DNA of 53,391 bases from Aurantimicrobium sp. Lineage in GTDB: Bacteria > Actinomycetota > Actinomycetes > Actinomycetales > Microbacteriaceae. Both the position numbers and the translations under genes were made by a program. The notes under the pieces were generated by a model. The model saw nothing but the letters and a program-made list of their open reading frames with translations, was not told the DNA's origin and made no database searches. The stretch lies in NCBI GenBank assembly GCA_021741765.1, contig JAIOXH010000001.1, positions 1 through 53,391 on the forward strand, in the 5' to 3' direction. This document shows positions 1 to 9,868 of the stretch, piece after piece (within the stretch, counting starts at the first letter, position 1; the number at the start of each line of letters is the position of its first letter).

Positions 1-1497
<1,497 letters not shown>

Positions 1498-1565
1498 CTC
1501 GGGCTAACTTGCACTCACCCGTGCGAGTGCCATACTAAAAACACCTCAAAAAAGAAAGACACACG

Positions 1566-1739
1566 ATGCGCGTTTTCATCTTTGCCCTCAGCATGGTTCT
1601 CTTCTTGGCCAGCTGGTACGTCATGGCTCAAGCCTTCAACGTGCCCGGCTATGAGGGGCTCGTGTTTACGGGTGGCATCATCCTCTTCACGCTCTCCATC
1701 ATGATTCCGTTCATGGCGCGCGGGCGTCGTCGCTCATAA
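1566..1739 (+). CDS. Small hydrophobic protein of 57 aa with two predicted TM segments, absent from the ORF track (below its size cutoff)
   Basis: ATG at 1566 and TAA at 1737-1739. Translation: MRVFIFALSMVLFLASWYVMAQAFNVPGYEGLVFTGGIILFTLSIMIPFMARGRRRS. An AAAGAAAG purine tract lies upstream, and a perfect 11-bp hairpin follows immediately downstream. Confidence 0.45.
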   Translation: MRVFIFALSMVLFLASWYVMAQAFNVPGYEGLVFTGGIILFTLSIMIPFMARGRRRS

Positions 1740-1760
1740 CTTGAGGCCCTACAGACGACG

Positions 1761-1794
1761 AAACCCGAATCAATGGCGATTCGGGTTTTCGTTC
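1761..1794. terminator. Bidirectional intrinsic terminator candidate between the small ORF (+) and the SDR gene (-)
   Basis: Perfect 11-bp stem AAACCCGAATC (1761-1771) / GATTCGGGTTT (1778-1788) with a 6-nt loop, followed by TTTTCGTT on the + strand. Confidence 0.6.
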
Positions 1795-1820
1795 ATATCT
1801 GGCTTCGGGTCGTCGACGAG

Positions 1821-2573
1821 CTACTGCGCGGTGTAACCGCCGTCGACGAGGTAGTACGCGCCGGTGAGAAAACTGGCGCGGTCCGATAGCAGGAAGCAGA
1901 CCAGCGCCGAGACCTCTTCGGGCTCACCCAAGCGACCCATGGGGTGGCTGGCGGCCAGAACGGGCAGGGCCTCATCAGGCAGGTTGTCGAGCAGGGGCGT
2001 CTTGATGAAGGCGGGCCCCACGGCGTTGATGCGGACGCCCTCCTTGGCGTACTCGAGTGCGCTGTTCTTGGTCAGACCCACCACACCGTGCTTGGCTGCC
2101 ACATAACCCGTGGGCACGCCCAGGGCGCCGACGGAACCGAGGATCGATGACATGTTCACGATCGCACCGCCGCCCGTCTTGAGCATCGCGGGGATCTGGT
2201 GGCGCAGGCCGTAGGCCACACCGCTCAGGTTCACCGAAATCATGTGGTCCCACTGCGCAAGATCCATGCCGCCCATGCGGTCGGCCTGATCGCCGATGCC
2301 GGCGTTGTTGACGGCGAGGGTGAGCTTGCCGAATTCCTTAACGGCTGCGTTTACCGCTGCTTCGTGGTCGGCGACAACCGTGGTGTTGTGCTTCAGTGCG
2401 ATGGCCTTACCGCCGGCGGCAACGATCTCATCGGCCACGGCGGTTGCCGTAACGAGGTTCATGTCGGTGACAACCACGGCGGCTCCGCCGGCGCCGAGCT
2501 CGCGGGCAATGGTGGCTCCCAGGCCCTGTCCGCCTCCGGTGACCAGGGCGACGTGTCCGTCAAATGCGTTCAT
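1821..2573 (-). CDS. Classical short-chain dehydrogenase/reductase (SDR), last gene of the minus-strand operon
   Basis: Carries the TGGGQGLG cofactor motif, NNAG, and the catalytic Y-x-x-x-K (YVAAKHG). 250 aa. Confidence 0.9.
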   Translation of the reverse strand: MNAFDGHVALVTGGGQGLGATIARELGAGGAAVVVTDMNLVTATAVADEIVAAGGKAIALKHNTTVVADHEAAVNAAVKEFGKLTLAVNNAGIGDQADRMGGMDLAQWDHMISVNLSGVAYGLRHQIPAMLKTGGGAIVNMSSILGSVGALGVPTGYVAAKHGVVGLTKNSALEYAKEGVRINAVGPAFIKTPLLDNLPDEALPVLAASHPMGRLGEPEEVSALVCFLLSDRASFLTGAYYLVDGGYTAQ

Positions 2574-2618
2574 GAGTGATTCCTTATCGTTGCGGGAGAT
2601 TGTTTTACGGCAGTGTTG

Positions 2619-3497
2619 CTAAACCTTCGCGGCGTCAGCCTGCTTGAGCAGGTCAATCAGTCCGAACATATTCGAGACCACGAGTTCGGGCTTTATCTCG
2701 GGCGCACACGTTGCGGCATCCTCTGCACTGCTGGTTCCGGTGGTGACCAGCCCGGCAACGGCACCACCCTCGCGCGCCATCTTCGATTCGAGCATGATGT
2801 CGTCGCCAATCACGAGGATGTTGGCAGCGGGATGCCCTAAGTGCTCGGAGATGATGTCCATCGAGTGCTGAGACGGCTTGCCGAGAACCTCACGCTTCTG
2901 CCCAGAGACATATTCGAGTCCGGAGGCGATGAATCCGGAGACGCCCACATTGAGGCGGTGCTGCGACGCAAAGAACGGGACGTCGCTCGCGCAGTAGAGT
3001 TCGGCACCGGCAAGCAGCGCTTCGGCGGCAATCTGAAGCTTGGCACGACCAAAGTCGACGTCCCAGCCCACCATGACGGCCTTCGTGTCGTGTGGCTCGC
3101 CGGCAATGGCTTTATCGAGGTCAACGACGTTCACGTCGCGTTTGATGAAGTCGTCCACGATGCCGGATCCTCCGAACACCATCACCTGCTCGGTCGGAAA
3201 TTTGCGCTTGAGCACGGTGGCTGCGACAACCGCGGGGGTGAAGACCTCGTCGTCGCTCACCTCGATTCCCATCGAGCGCAGGTGGGCGGCAACATCGCGA
3301 GGTGGCTGAGCCGTGCCGTTCGTGAACACACACACGCTTCGACCGCTCTCGCGCACATACTTCAGTGACTCGACGGCGCCCTCGAGCACGCGGCCGTCTT
3401 GGCCGGCCGGTCCGTCGGAAATCACGAGGCAGCCGTCGATGTCGAACATCACGCCCTTCACGTTGGCGAGGCGTTCGATGAGTGCGGCGTCAGCCAT
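2619..3497 (-). CDS. HAD-superfamily subfamily IIA (NagD-like) phosphatase
   Basis: Motifs FDIDGCL (DxDG nucleophile), FTNG and VIGDD. I chose the start at the internal ATG (CAT at 3495-3497), 2 nt after the upstream stop at 3500. The longer ORF-track version (to 3659) would overlap the carboxyltransferase gene. Confidence 0.85.
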   Translation of the reverse strand: MADAALIERLANVKGVMFDIDGCLVISDGPAGQDGRVLEGAVESLKYVRESGRSVCVFTNGTAQPPRDVAAHLRSMGIEVSDDEVFTPAVVAATVLKRKFPTEQVMVFGGSGIVDDFIKRDVNVVDLDKAIAGEPHDTKAVMVGWDVDFGRAKLQIAAEALLAGAELYCASDVPFFASQHRLNVGVSGFIASGLEYVSGQKREVLGKPSQHSMDIISEHLGHPAANILVIGDDIMLESKMAREGGAVAGLVTTGTSSAEDAATCAPEIKPELVVSNMFGLIDLLKQADAAKV

Positions 3498-3499
3498 GG

Positions 3500-5128
3500 T
3501 TATTTTCCTTCCGAGGCGCGACGGAGCGAGACGCTTTCGCCGGCGAAGTTGACCGAAACCGAACGCCACTTGGGCAGTTCGTTTACGGAGTTGATGAACT
3601 CTGAGATATTCGTGGCGGTGCCCGCAGCTCCGGCAGCCTTCGTTGCTTTGCCCGCCCACTTCGGGGCCGGGCCGGCGGCAAACATGGTGTCGACCTGGTC
3701 CTGGGGGAGCACCAGGCGCAGCATGAGCTCTTCTTCGTCGAGTTTGCGGCCAAATTTCTCGGCGTACTCGGTGTGGAGTTCCTTGAGCGACTTCTCGTCG
3801 ACGGGCACCTCGAGTTCGGCTGTGCGCGGCATGTCGGCCACACGCTGCAGAATGTCGGGGTTGATCGGCCCCTCGGGCGTGCCGAAGTGACCGAGCACGA
3901 ACCGCAGCACCTCATCGGGGATTCGCGAGTAGCGCTCCTGACCGCTCTTGAGCGCGAGCACGTTCATCAGGGCTTGGCTACCCACAAACTGGCTGAACGG
4001 CGTGACCATAATGGGGTATCCCAGGTCTGCGCGCACGCGCGAGGCTTCGGCCATCACCGCGGGCAGCTCATCGATCATGCCAATTTCGGTCAGTTGGCGC
4101 TTGAGCGTGCCAATCATGCCACCGGGAACCTGGTGCACGTGCGTGCTCAGGTCATATTCAGTGGGCTGGCCCGCCTTCAGGCCCTGTGCCTTGGCAAACG
4201 ACCACAGCATCTCGGCTGCCTTGGCGGCCGCATCCCGATCCACATCGACCGCGATGCCCATGGCGTCGAGGTTGCCGAGCAACTTCTCCAGGCTCGGTTG
4301 TGCGGTTCCGTTCGACAGCGGGCCGAGGCCGGTGTGCAGCACGTCGATGCCCAGCTGTGCCGCCGTCAGGTACAACTGCGAGGCGGCACCTGTCGTGCAG
4401 TGACTGTGCAGTTCGAGAATCTTGTTGCCCGTAATCTCGCGCATGGGCGGCACGAGGTCGCGAACGCGCTCGTCGGTGAGAAGACCGCCCGGATCCTTGA
4501 GGTAGATAATGTCGATATTGGGGTCGGCAGCATAAGCGCGGGTGTTCGCGAGATACCGCTCGTCGGTGTGAACGGGGCTCTCGGTGAACACCACACCGGC
4601 CACCACCTGCTCGATGCCCTCTTCCTTCGCCCAGCGGGCCACCTTGGTGGTGGCCTCCACATCGTTCATGGGCTCGGCGATCTGCAGGCGGCGCAGTCCG
4701 TGCCGCGCGAGCAGTCGCAGCGACATACGGAACACGGGCTCGGATGCCTTCTCCCACGACATGAAGCGCATTCCGGTCGTGATCGCTGCGAGGGGAGTGT
4801 TGGGCGTGACCGCGCGCATGCGCGACAGCCGCTCCCACGGGTTCTCCTGGTGAAACTTCACCCCCATCGAGAGGTGGGTGGACGACGTGAAGTCAATGGC
4901 CTGAAGGTTCATGGCTTCGAGCAGGGGGCCCACGGCTTCAACCATGCCCGTGGTGACGCCGAGAGCGGCCCACAGGCTTTGGTTACCGTCGCGCACACTG
5001 GTGTCGACAATGCGGATGGGCCCGCGCGTGCGCTGGGCACCTCCGGCCGCAAGGTGCGGGGCAACGCGGCCCGCATCACTTACTTCGGTGCCGGCCTCTG
5101 TTGTGGGGGCCTTCTTCGCTGGCGTCAT
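3500..5128 (-). CDS. Carboxyltransferase subunit of the pyruvate carboxylase / oxaloacetate decarboxylase-alpha / transcarboxylase-5S type, with no fused biotinyl domain
   Basis: Aligns by eye with OadA/PycB: DTSVRDGNQS, IYLKDPGG, LELHSHCTTG, HQVPGGMIGTLKRQL, DLGYPIMVTPFSQFVGSQALMNV. There is no AMKM/EIMK motif at the C-terminus. I chose ATG 5128, which overlaps the upstream TGA as ATGA (5125-5128). The alternative is ATG 5170. Confidence 0.85.
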   Translation of the reverse strand: MTPAKKAPTTEAGTEVSDAGRVAPHLAAGGAQRTRGPIRIVDTSVRDGNQSLWAALGVTTGMVEAVGPLLEAMNLQAIDFTSSTHLSMGVKFHQENPWERLSRMRAVTPNTPLAAITTGMRFMSWEKASEPVFRMSLRLLARHGLRRLQIAEPMNDVEATTKVARWAKEEGIEQVVAGVVFTESPVHTDERYLANTRAYAADPNIDIIYLKDPGGLLTDERVRDLVPPMREITGNKILELHSHCTTGAASQLYLTAAQLGIDVLHTGLGPLSNGTAQPSLEKLLGNLDAMGIAVDVDRDAAAKAAEMLWSFAKAQGLKAGQPTEYDLSTHVHQVPGGMIGTLKRQLTEIGMIDELPAVMAEASRVRADLGYPIMVTPFSQFVGSQALMNVLALKSGQERYSRIPDEVLRFVLGHFGTPEGPINPDILQRVADMPRTAELEVPVDEKSLKELHTEYAEKFGRKLDEEELMLRLVLPQDQVDTMFAAGPAPKWAGKATKAAGAAGTATNISEFINSVNELPKWRSVSVNFAGESVSLRRASEGK

Positions 5129-6489
5129 GTCAGGCTTTCCTTTCGGGCTTCCCACACCGGACCGAACCACGAGGTGGGGATGCCGCCGGCGATGAAGTCG
5201 GGGTGTGCCAGCACATAAGCGTGCATCGGCAAGGTGGTCTTGAGCCCGTCGATCGTGACGTTGCGCACGGCGGCCGTGGCTGCGGCAACAGCGGCATCAC
5301 GATTGTGTGCGCGCACAATGAGCTTGGCCATCAGGCTGTCGTAGAACGGGGGAAAGCGATAGCCCTCCTCGATCTGCGTGTCGATACGGATTCCGGGTCC
5401 CTTGGGCCAGACCAAACGCGTGATGTCGCCCGAGTTCGGCTGGAAGTCGGCGTTGGGATCCTCGGCGTTGATGCGCATTTCGATAACGGCCGCCGGAGGC
5501 ACCGGCCCCACGTCAGGAAGTTCGGGGTCGAGGCCGAGCGCGAGCCTCAGCTGGGCGGCCACGAGGTCGACGCCAAAGGCCTCTTCGGTAACGGGGTGCT
5601 CTACCTGGATGCGCGCGTTCACCTCGAGAAAGATGACGTCTTCTGATTCGGTGTCTACCAAGAACTCCACGGTGCCGGCGCCGCGATAGCGCAGTACCTT
5701 CACGAGTGCGCGCGACGAGTCGTGCAGGAGCTGGCGACGCTTCTCGCTGAGTCCGGGAGCGGGGCACTCCTCGATGAGTTTCTGGTGGCGGCGCTGCACC
5801 GAGCAGTCGCGGTCGCCAAAGATCCAGGCGTTGCCTTCGCCGTCGCCAAAAACCTGTACCTCAACGTGCCGAGCACGACCGTAGTAGCGCTCAAGGTAGA
5901 GCGCGCCGTTGCCAAACGCGGCTACTGCTTCGGCGGCGGCCTGTGGTGCGAGTTCGACGAGTTCTTCGGGGTTCGTGACCAATCGAATGCCGCGGCCACC
6001 GCCACCGTGAATCGCTTTGATGAGGAGCGGGTAGCCAATCTGCTCGCCCAAGGCGACGACGTTGGTGGGGTCGTCAATCTCCACGCCGGCACCAACGGGT
6101 ACGCCGGCATCGATGGCCACCTGGCGGGCACTGCCCTTGTCACCCACGGCCCGAAGCGTTTCTGGGCGCGGTCCCACCCAGGCGATGCCCTCTTCTTCGA
6201 GCAGTTCGCACAGGGCGGGTTGCTCGCTCAGGAACCCGTAGCCGGGGTGAACGGCAGCGGCGCCGGCCATGACGGCCGCTTGGGCTACCTGCTCGGGCTT
6301 GAGGTACGACTGGTTGGCGGGGGAGGCGCCAATCACAATCACACGATCCGCGGCACGTGCCGCCGGTGAATCCTTGTCGGCCACGCTTGCGGCCAAGACG
6401 GGGGATGCGCCAATGCGCCGCGCAGCCGCGATGATGCGCATGGCAATCTCGCCGCGGTTGGCGACGAGGATGACGGGGACGTCAGACAC
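5125..6489 (-). CDS. Biotin carboxylase (AccC-like ATP-grasp subunit)
   Basis: ILVANRGEIAMRII at the N-terminus, GGGGRGIR, and the EMRINAEDP-type C-terminal domain. 454 aa. GTG start at 6489, 2 nt after the BCCP stop. Confidence 0.93.
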   Translation of the reverse strand: MSDVPVILVANRGEIAMRIIAAARRIGASPVLAASVADKDSPAARAADRVIVIGASPANQSYLKPEQVAQAAVMAGAAAVHPGYGFLSEQPALCELLEEEGIAWVGPRPETLRAVGDKGSARQVAIDAGVPVGAGVEIDDPTNVVALGEQIGYPLLIKAIHGGGGRGIRLVTNPEELVELAPQAAAEAVAAFGNGALYLERYYGRARHVEVQVFGDGEGNAWIFGDRDCSVQRRHQKLIEECPAPGLSEKRRQLLHDSSRALVKVLRYRGAGTVEFLVDTESEDVIFLEVNARIQVEHPVTEEAFGVDLVAAQLRLALGLDPELPDVGPVPPAAVIEMRINAEDPNADFQPNSGDITRLVWPKGPGIRIDTQIEEGYRFPPFYDSLMAKLIVRAHNRDAAVAAATAAVRNVTIDGLKTTLPMHAYVLAHPDFIAGGIPTSWFGPVWEARKESLT

Positions 6490-6491
6490 GG

Positions 6492-6992
6492 TTACGCGCT
6501 GGTGTCGATGGTCGCGAGTGGCTGGCCAAACTCGACCGCGTCAGCATCCGTCACGAGGAAGTCGGTGATCACGCCCGCCTTGCCGGCAACAATCGGGTTC
6601 ATGAGCTTCATGATCTCGATGATGCCGATCGTGGTGTCGGCCTCAACGCGCTGTCCGGGCTCCACAAACGGTGCGGCTCCCGGCGACGGGCGACGATAGA
6701 ACACGCCAATCATGGGTGCGTCAATCGTGTCACCCAACGCGGCCGCCGGAGCGGCAGTCGGTATGGCTGCCGCCGCTGGTTGAGTAGCCGACGCAGTCGG
6801 CGTATCGAAACCAGTCTCGATACGGGGCTGCGCCCCTACTCGACCAGCGGTTGTCGGCGCATCAAACACCGCATCATTCTTTGACAGGCGAATCGACACA
6901 TCGCCCACCTGCACACTCGCTGACTCGTAGTCGCTCTCGTTGAGCTGTGAGATGAGGTCGAGAACGTCTTGCCAGCTGGGCTGTTCGCCCAC
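6492..6992 (-). CDS. Biotin carboxyl carrier protein (AccB-like)
   Basis: A Pro/Ala-rich linker precedes a C-terminal biotinyl domain with IIEIMKLMN (canonical E-[AI]-M-K-[ML]). GTG start at 6992, 2 nt after the upstream stop at 6995. Confidence 0.9.
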   Translation of the reverse strand: MGEQPSWQDVLDLISQLNESDYESASVQVGDVSIRLSKNDAVFDAPTTAGRVGAQPRIETGFDTPTASATQPAAAAIPTAAPAAALGDTIDAPMIGVFYRRPSPGAAPFVEPGQRVEADTTIGIIEIMKLMNPIVAGKAGVITDFLVTDADAVEFGQPLATIDTSA

Positions 6993-6994
6993 GC

Positions 6995-8824
6995 TTACGC
7001 CTCTTCCAGAATCGTGACCTTGCCGGTGTCGCCGTCGACGCGAATGAGCATTCCCGTCTTGATGGTGGTCGTGCCGAATCCGGTACCCACCACGGCCGGC
7101 AGGCCGTATTCACGCGACACGATGGCCGCGTGACACATGATGCCACCAATGTCGGAGACGGCTGCCTTGATGCGGCTGAAAACCGGTGTCCACGAGGTGT
7201 TGGTCACGGGAGCCACGAGAATTTCGCCGTCCTGTACCTGGTCGAGCTCATCGGGTGTCAGCACGATTCGCGCACGCCCCTCGGCAATTCCGGGTGCGGC
7301 GGCAAAGCCACCGAGCTCGGTCTTGCTTCCCACGCCCTCGGCCTGGTCGAGCCAACGCTCCACGGTCTCCGGGGTGATGCCCCAGAGCATGATCGTAAGC
7401 GGCTCAGAGACGTCCTCGGGCACGGGGCCGAGTGCCGGCGGGGGAGTCCACTTGGCCAGGGCCTTGTAGATCGCCTTGCGCTTGGCTACCACGGCGGGCC
7501 AGTAGGCAGGACCCTGCGGCTCGGTGCCGTGGCTCCACGCAGCCTGGAGGTCGATGATGGCCTCCACTGCTTCGGCGCGACGCAGCATGAAGATGTCGTC
7601 TTCCGACTCCCAGAAGCCCCACTTCGCCAACAGCGCACCGAACTCGCGCACCTTGTTCCAGAACTCGGTCATGAACCAGTGTTCGATGTAGAAGTTGTGG
7701 TTCTCCACGTAGGGGAACACCGTGCGCGACAGGCCCAGGGCACCGTCGAACTCGGCCAGCACATCGCCCTCGAGGAGGTCGCGGTAGATGTTCGTAATCT
7801 CGTCACGCTCGGCCTGGCGCTTGTCGAGCTGGCGCTCGAGCGATTCGCCGCGACGCACCATCTTGATGTAGTCGCCGATGCCCTGGATGGGCATGCTCAG
7901 GTCGTCGACCCACGAGCGGTGGTGGTGATACATGCCGGAGCCGTTGGAGAAATAGAACCAGGGGTTCTTGGTTTCTTCGAGATCGGCCAGCCACTTCTTT
8001 CCGGCATCGGTGCCCGACAGGTTGGCCTGCAACGAGGTCTCGTCCTTCGAGGCAAGCACGGCATCGCCCACACCGAGTTCTTCGGCGAGCTTGGCCAGGC
8101 GACGCAGCTCGTCGTCCGGACGGAACAGAATCACATCGATGCCCGAAACCATGCGCGAGATGGTCTGGTCGGTGATGTCGGGGAAGTTCGCCTTGCACAG
8201 CAGCAGGAACTGCAGATAGGCGGCGTAACCGAGGTTGAGGAACTCCGAGTGAAGAGTCCAGATGGCGTCACCCTGGGCAATGAGGTCGAGATAGTTGGCC
8301 AGCACCGTGTTGGCTTGCGTGTTGCCGTGGGTCTCGGTGACGTACTCGAGCGTTTCGAATTCGGTCATCTCGGGAATCGCAATGCCCTTGACGGCAGAGA
8401 TGCGACCCTTGACGCGCTCAACCCAGTCCTCGTAGAGGCTGTCCCAGTTCTGGAAGTAGTGGCCGGCCCGCACGCCGAACTCGGCGGCGCGACGCTCGAT
8501 CTCTTCGGGGGCGGGAGCGGGGAGAGCGCTCATGTAGGTGTAGCCGTTGACCACGCGAACGTCGAGGCCCTTTGCCGGCGGCATGGCGAAAACGCGCGTG
8601 TTGGTCACACCGGTACCCATGAAGGCACAGTCAATGGTGATCTGGTCGAACGGGTACGACACCTCGGGGAAGTGCAGTGAGTTGCGGAACCACGTCTTTT
8701 TGCCGTCAACAGCCTGGCGTCCCTCCTGGAACAGGTTGTGGTACGCGTAAAGGTCTTGCCAGCCCTCGGCGCCCTCGGGCGTTTCAATGGCGTAGGGATC
8801 CGGGAATGTGCGCTTGCCGGTCAA
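6995..8824 (-). CDS. PEP-utiliser family protein. It has a C-terminal phosphohistidine swivelling domain; I do not recognise the N-terminal ~500 aa. First gene of the operon.
   Basis: The C-terminus reads GRARIV...GEILVAPVTNTSWTPVFSRIKAAVSDIGGIMCHAAIVSREYGLPAVVGTG, the mobile-domain signature G-G-x-x-x-H-A-A-I-V-[AS]-R-E. I found no GGK(G/N)AxL ATP-grasp motif. I prefer the TTG start at 8824, which sits 6 nt downstream of AAGGAG. The ORF-track ATG at 8908 is the alternative. Confidence 0.75.
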   Translation of the reverse strand: MTGKRTFPDPYAIETPEGAEGWQDLYAYHNLFQEGRQAVDGKKTWFRNSLHFPEVSYPFDQITIDCAFMGTGVTNTRVFAMPPAKGLDVRVVNGYTYMSALPAPAPEEIERRAAEFGVRAGHYFQNWDSLYEDWVERVKGRISAVKGIAIPEMTEFETLEYVTETHGNTQANTVLANYLDLIAQGDAIWTLHSEFLNLGYAAYLQFLLLCKANFPDITDQTISRMVSGIDVILFRPDDELRRLAKLAEELGVGDAVLASKDETSLQANLSGTDAGKKWLADLEETKNPWFYFSNGSGMYHHHRSWVDDLSMPIQGIGDYIKMVRRGESLERQLDKRQAERDEITNIYRDLLEGDVLAEFDGALGLSRTVFPYVENHNFYIEHWFMTEFWNKVREFGALLAKWGFWESEDDIFMLRRAEAVEAIIDLQAAWSHGTEPQGPAYWPAVVAKRKAIYKALAKWTPPPALGPVPEDVSEPLTIMLWGITPETVERWLDQAEGVGSKTELGGFAAAPGIAEGRARIVLTPDELDQVQDGEILVAPVTNTSWTPVFSRIKAAVSDIGGIMCHAAIVSREYGLPAVVGTGFGTTTIKTGMLIRVDGDTGKVTILEEA

Positions 8825-8934
8825 GGTGTGCTCCTTTGCAACATGTGGACAGGATTGCTTTCGCGTCGGCACGGGGTGCAAACGAGAAGTCGTGACACAA
8901 GTAGACACTCTTTTGCAGGAAAGCGCAACATATT

Positions 8935-8949
8935 TTTCATTGAGTGAAA
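8935..8949. promoter_or_regulatory. Palindromic box 1 (TTTCATTGAGTGAAA), a candidate IclR operator in the divergent control region
   Basis: TTTCA-N5-TGAAA inverted repeat in an AT-rich intergenic region, 14/15 identical to box 2. Confidence 0.4.
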
Positions 8950-9035
8950 CCGCAAGCTATTTTTCGGTTGACCTCAAAAACAGCGAAAATATTGAATTTG
9001 CAGAGTATTTCTCAAAAATGTCAAGGAAATGACCT

Positions 9036-9050
9036 TTTCATTTAGTGAAA
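9036..9050. promoter_or_regulatory. Palindromic box 2 (TTTCATTTAGTGAAA), a candidate IclR operator
   Basis: Same inverted repeat, 101 bp from box 1. It lies just upstream of my preferred IclR start (9071). Confidence 0.4.
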
Positions 9051-9070
9051 AAGTCTCTACATTGGAGAAC

Positions 9071-9868
9071 ATGACAGATGTCATTCTCGCGACCGACGCG
9101 CCACCAGCGGCCACGCGGTCCGTCACGGCTCGCGCTTTGTCCATTCTGGGCGTGTTCAGCATGGAGCGTCCCAGCATGACGCTGTCTGAGATTTCGCGCG
9201 CCACGGGGCTGCCGGTCGCAACCGTCTATCGCCTCGCGGGCGAGCTCGAAGAGGGCCGTTTTCTCGACCGCGACGAGGACGGCCGTTACAGTTTGGGTCT
9301 CTATCTCTGGGAGATGGGCATGCTCACTCCGGTGCACGGTCGCCTGCGTGAGATTGCCATGCCGTTCCTCCTCAACCTGCAGTACACATGTCGCGAGACG
9401 GTGCAGCTGGCCGTGATTGATGGCGTGGATGCCATCTACATCGAGAAACTCACCATGGTGGAGTCGGCGCCGGTGCAGTCACGCATTGGCGCGCGCATCC
9501 CTCTGCACGCCACAGGCGTCGGCAAGGCACTCTTGGCCTTCAGTGGTCCCGCGTTTGTCGACACTGTTTTGGGCATGCCGTTGACGCGCTTTACCGATGA
9601 CACCACGACGAGTCGCCACACGCTGGCCAAACAACTCGCGCACGTTATCGAAGACGGCTTTGCGCACTCGCGTCAGGAGTACCTCATGGGGTCGACGTCG
9701 ATCGCCTCCCCGGTGCTCGTGAACGGCGTCGTTAAGGCGTCCATCGGAATCGTGAACTACGAAGACACCAATCTCAGCGAGTGGGTGCCCGCACTGCTTC
9801 ACGCGTCCGAGGCTCTGGGCACGCGCCTCGAGGAGCTGCGCTGGGGAACAAAAGAGGAGAAGAAGTGA
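9071..9868 (+). CDS. IclR-family transcriptional regulator
   Basis: N-terminal wHTH RALSILGVFS...MTLSEISRATGLPVATVYRLAGELEE, plus a C-terminal IclR effector domain (HATGVGKALLAF). I chose ATG 9071 (GGAG just upstream) over ATG 9029 because box 2 lies inside the longer version. Confidence 0.85.
   Translation: MTDVILATDAPPAATRSVTARALSILGVFSMERPSMTLSEISRATGLPVATVYRLAGELEEGRFLDRDEDGRYSLGLYLWEMGMLTPVHGRLREIAMPFLLNLQYTCRETVQLAVIDGVDAIYIEKLTMVESAPVQSRIGARIPLHATGVGKALLAFSGPAFVDTVLGMPLTRFTDDTTTSRHTLAKQLAHVIEDGFAHSRQEYLMGSTSIASPVLVNGVVKASIGIVNYEDTNLSEWVPALLHASEALGTRLEELRWGTKEEKK

Noticed and set aside
3498-3659. 54-codon 5' extension of the HAD phosphatase ORF
   Set aside because: It would overlap the 3' end of the carboxyltransferase gene. 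The ATG at 3497 sits 2 nt after that gene's stop and directly precedes the conserved DxDG motif region.
3773-5218. 481-aa + strand ORF antisense to the carboxyltransferase gene
   Set aside because: Same reasoning: a shadow frame of a motif-rich gene with a non-protein-like composition.
7130-8680. 516-aa + strand ORF antisense to the PEP-utiliser gene
   Set aside because: It lies entirely within a well-supported minus-strand gene. Its Arg/Gly/His/Val-rich, low-complexity translation is typical of shadow ORFs in high-GC DNA, and it has no recognisable motif.
8825-9070. AT-rich segment as a possible mobile-element or foreign insertion scar
   Set aside because: It has no terminal inverted repeats, target duplications or transposase remnants. 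Its position between divergent genes, together with the palindromic boxes, fits a promoter/operator region better.
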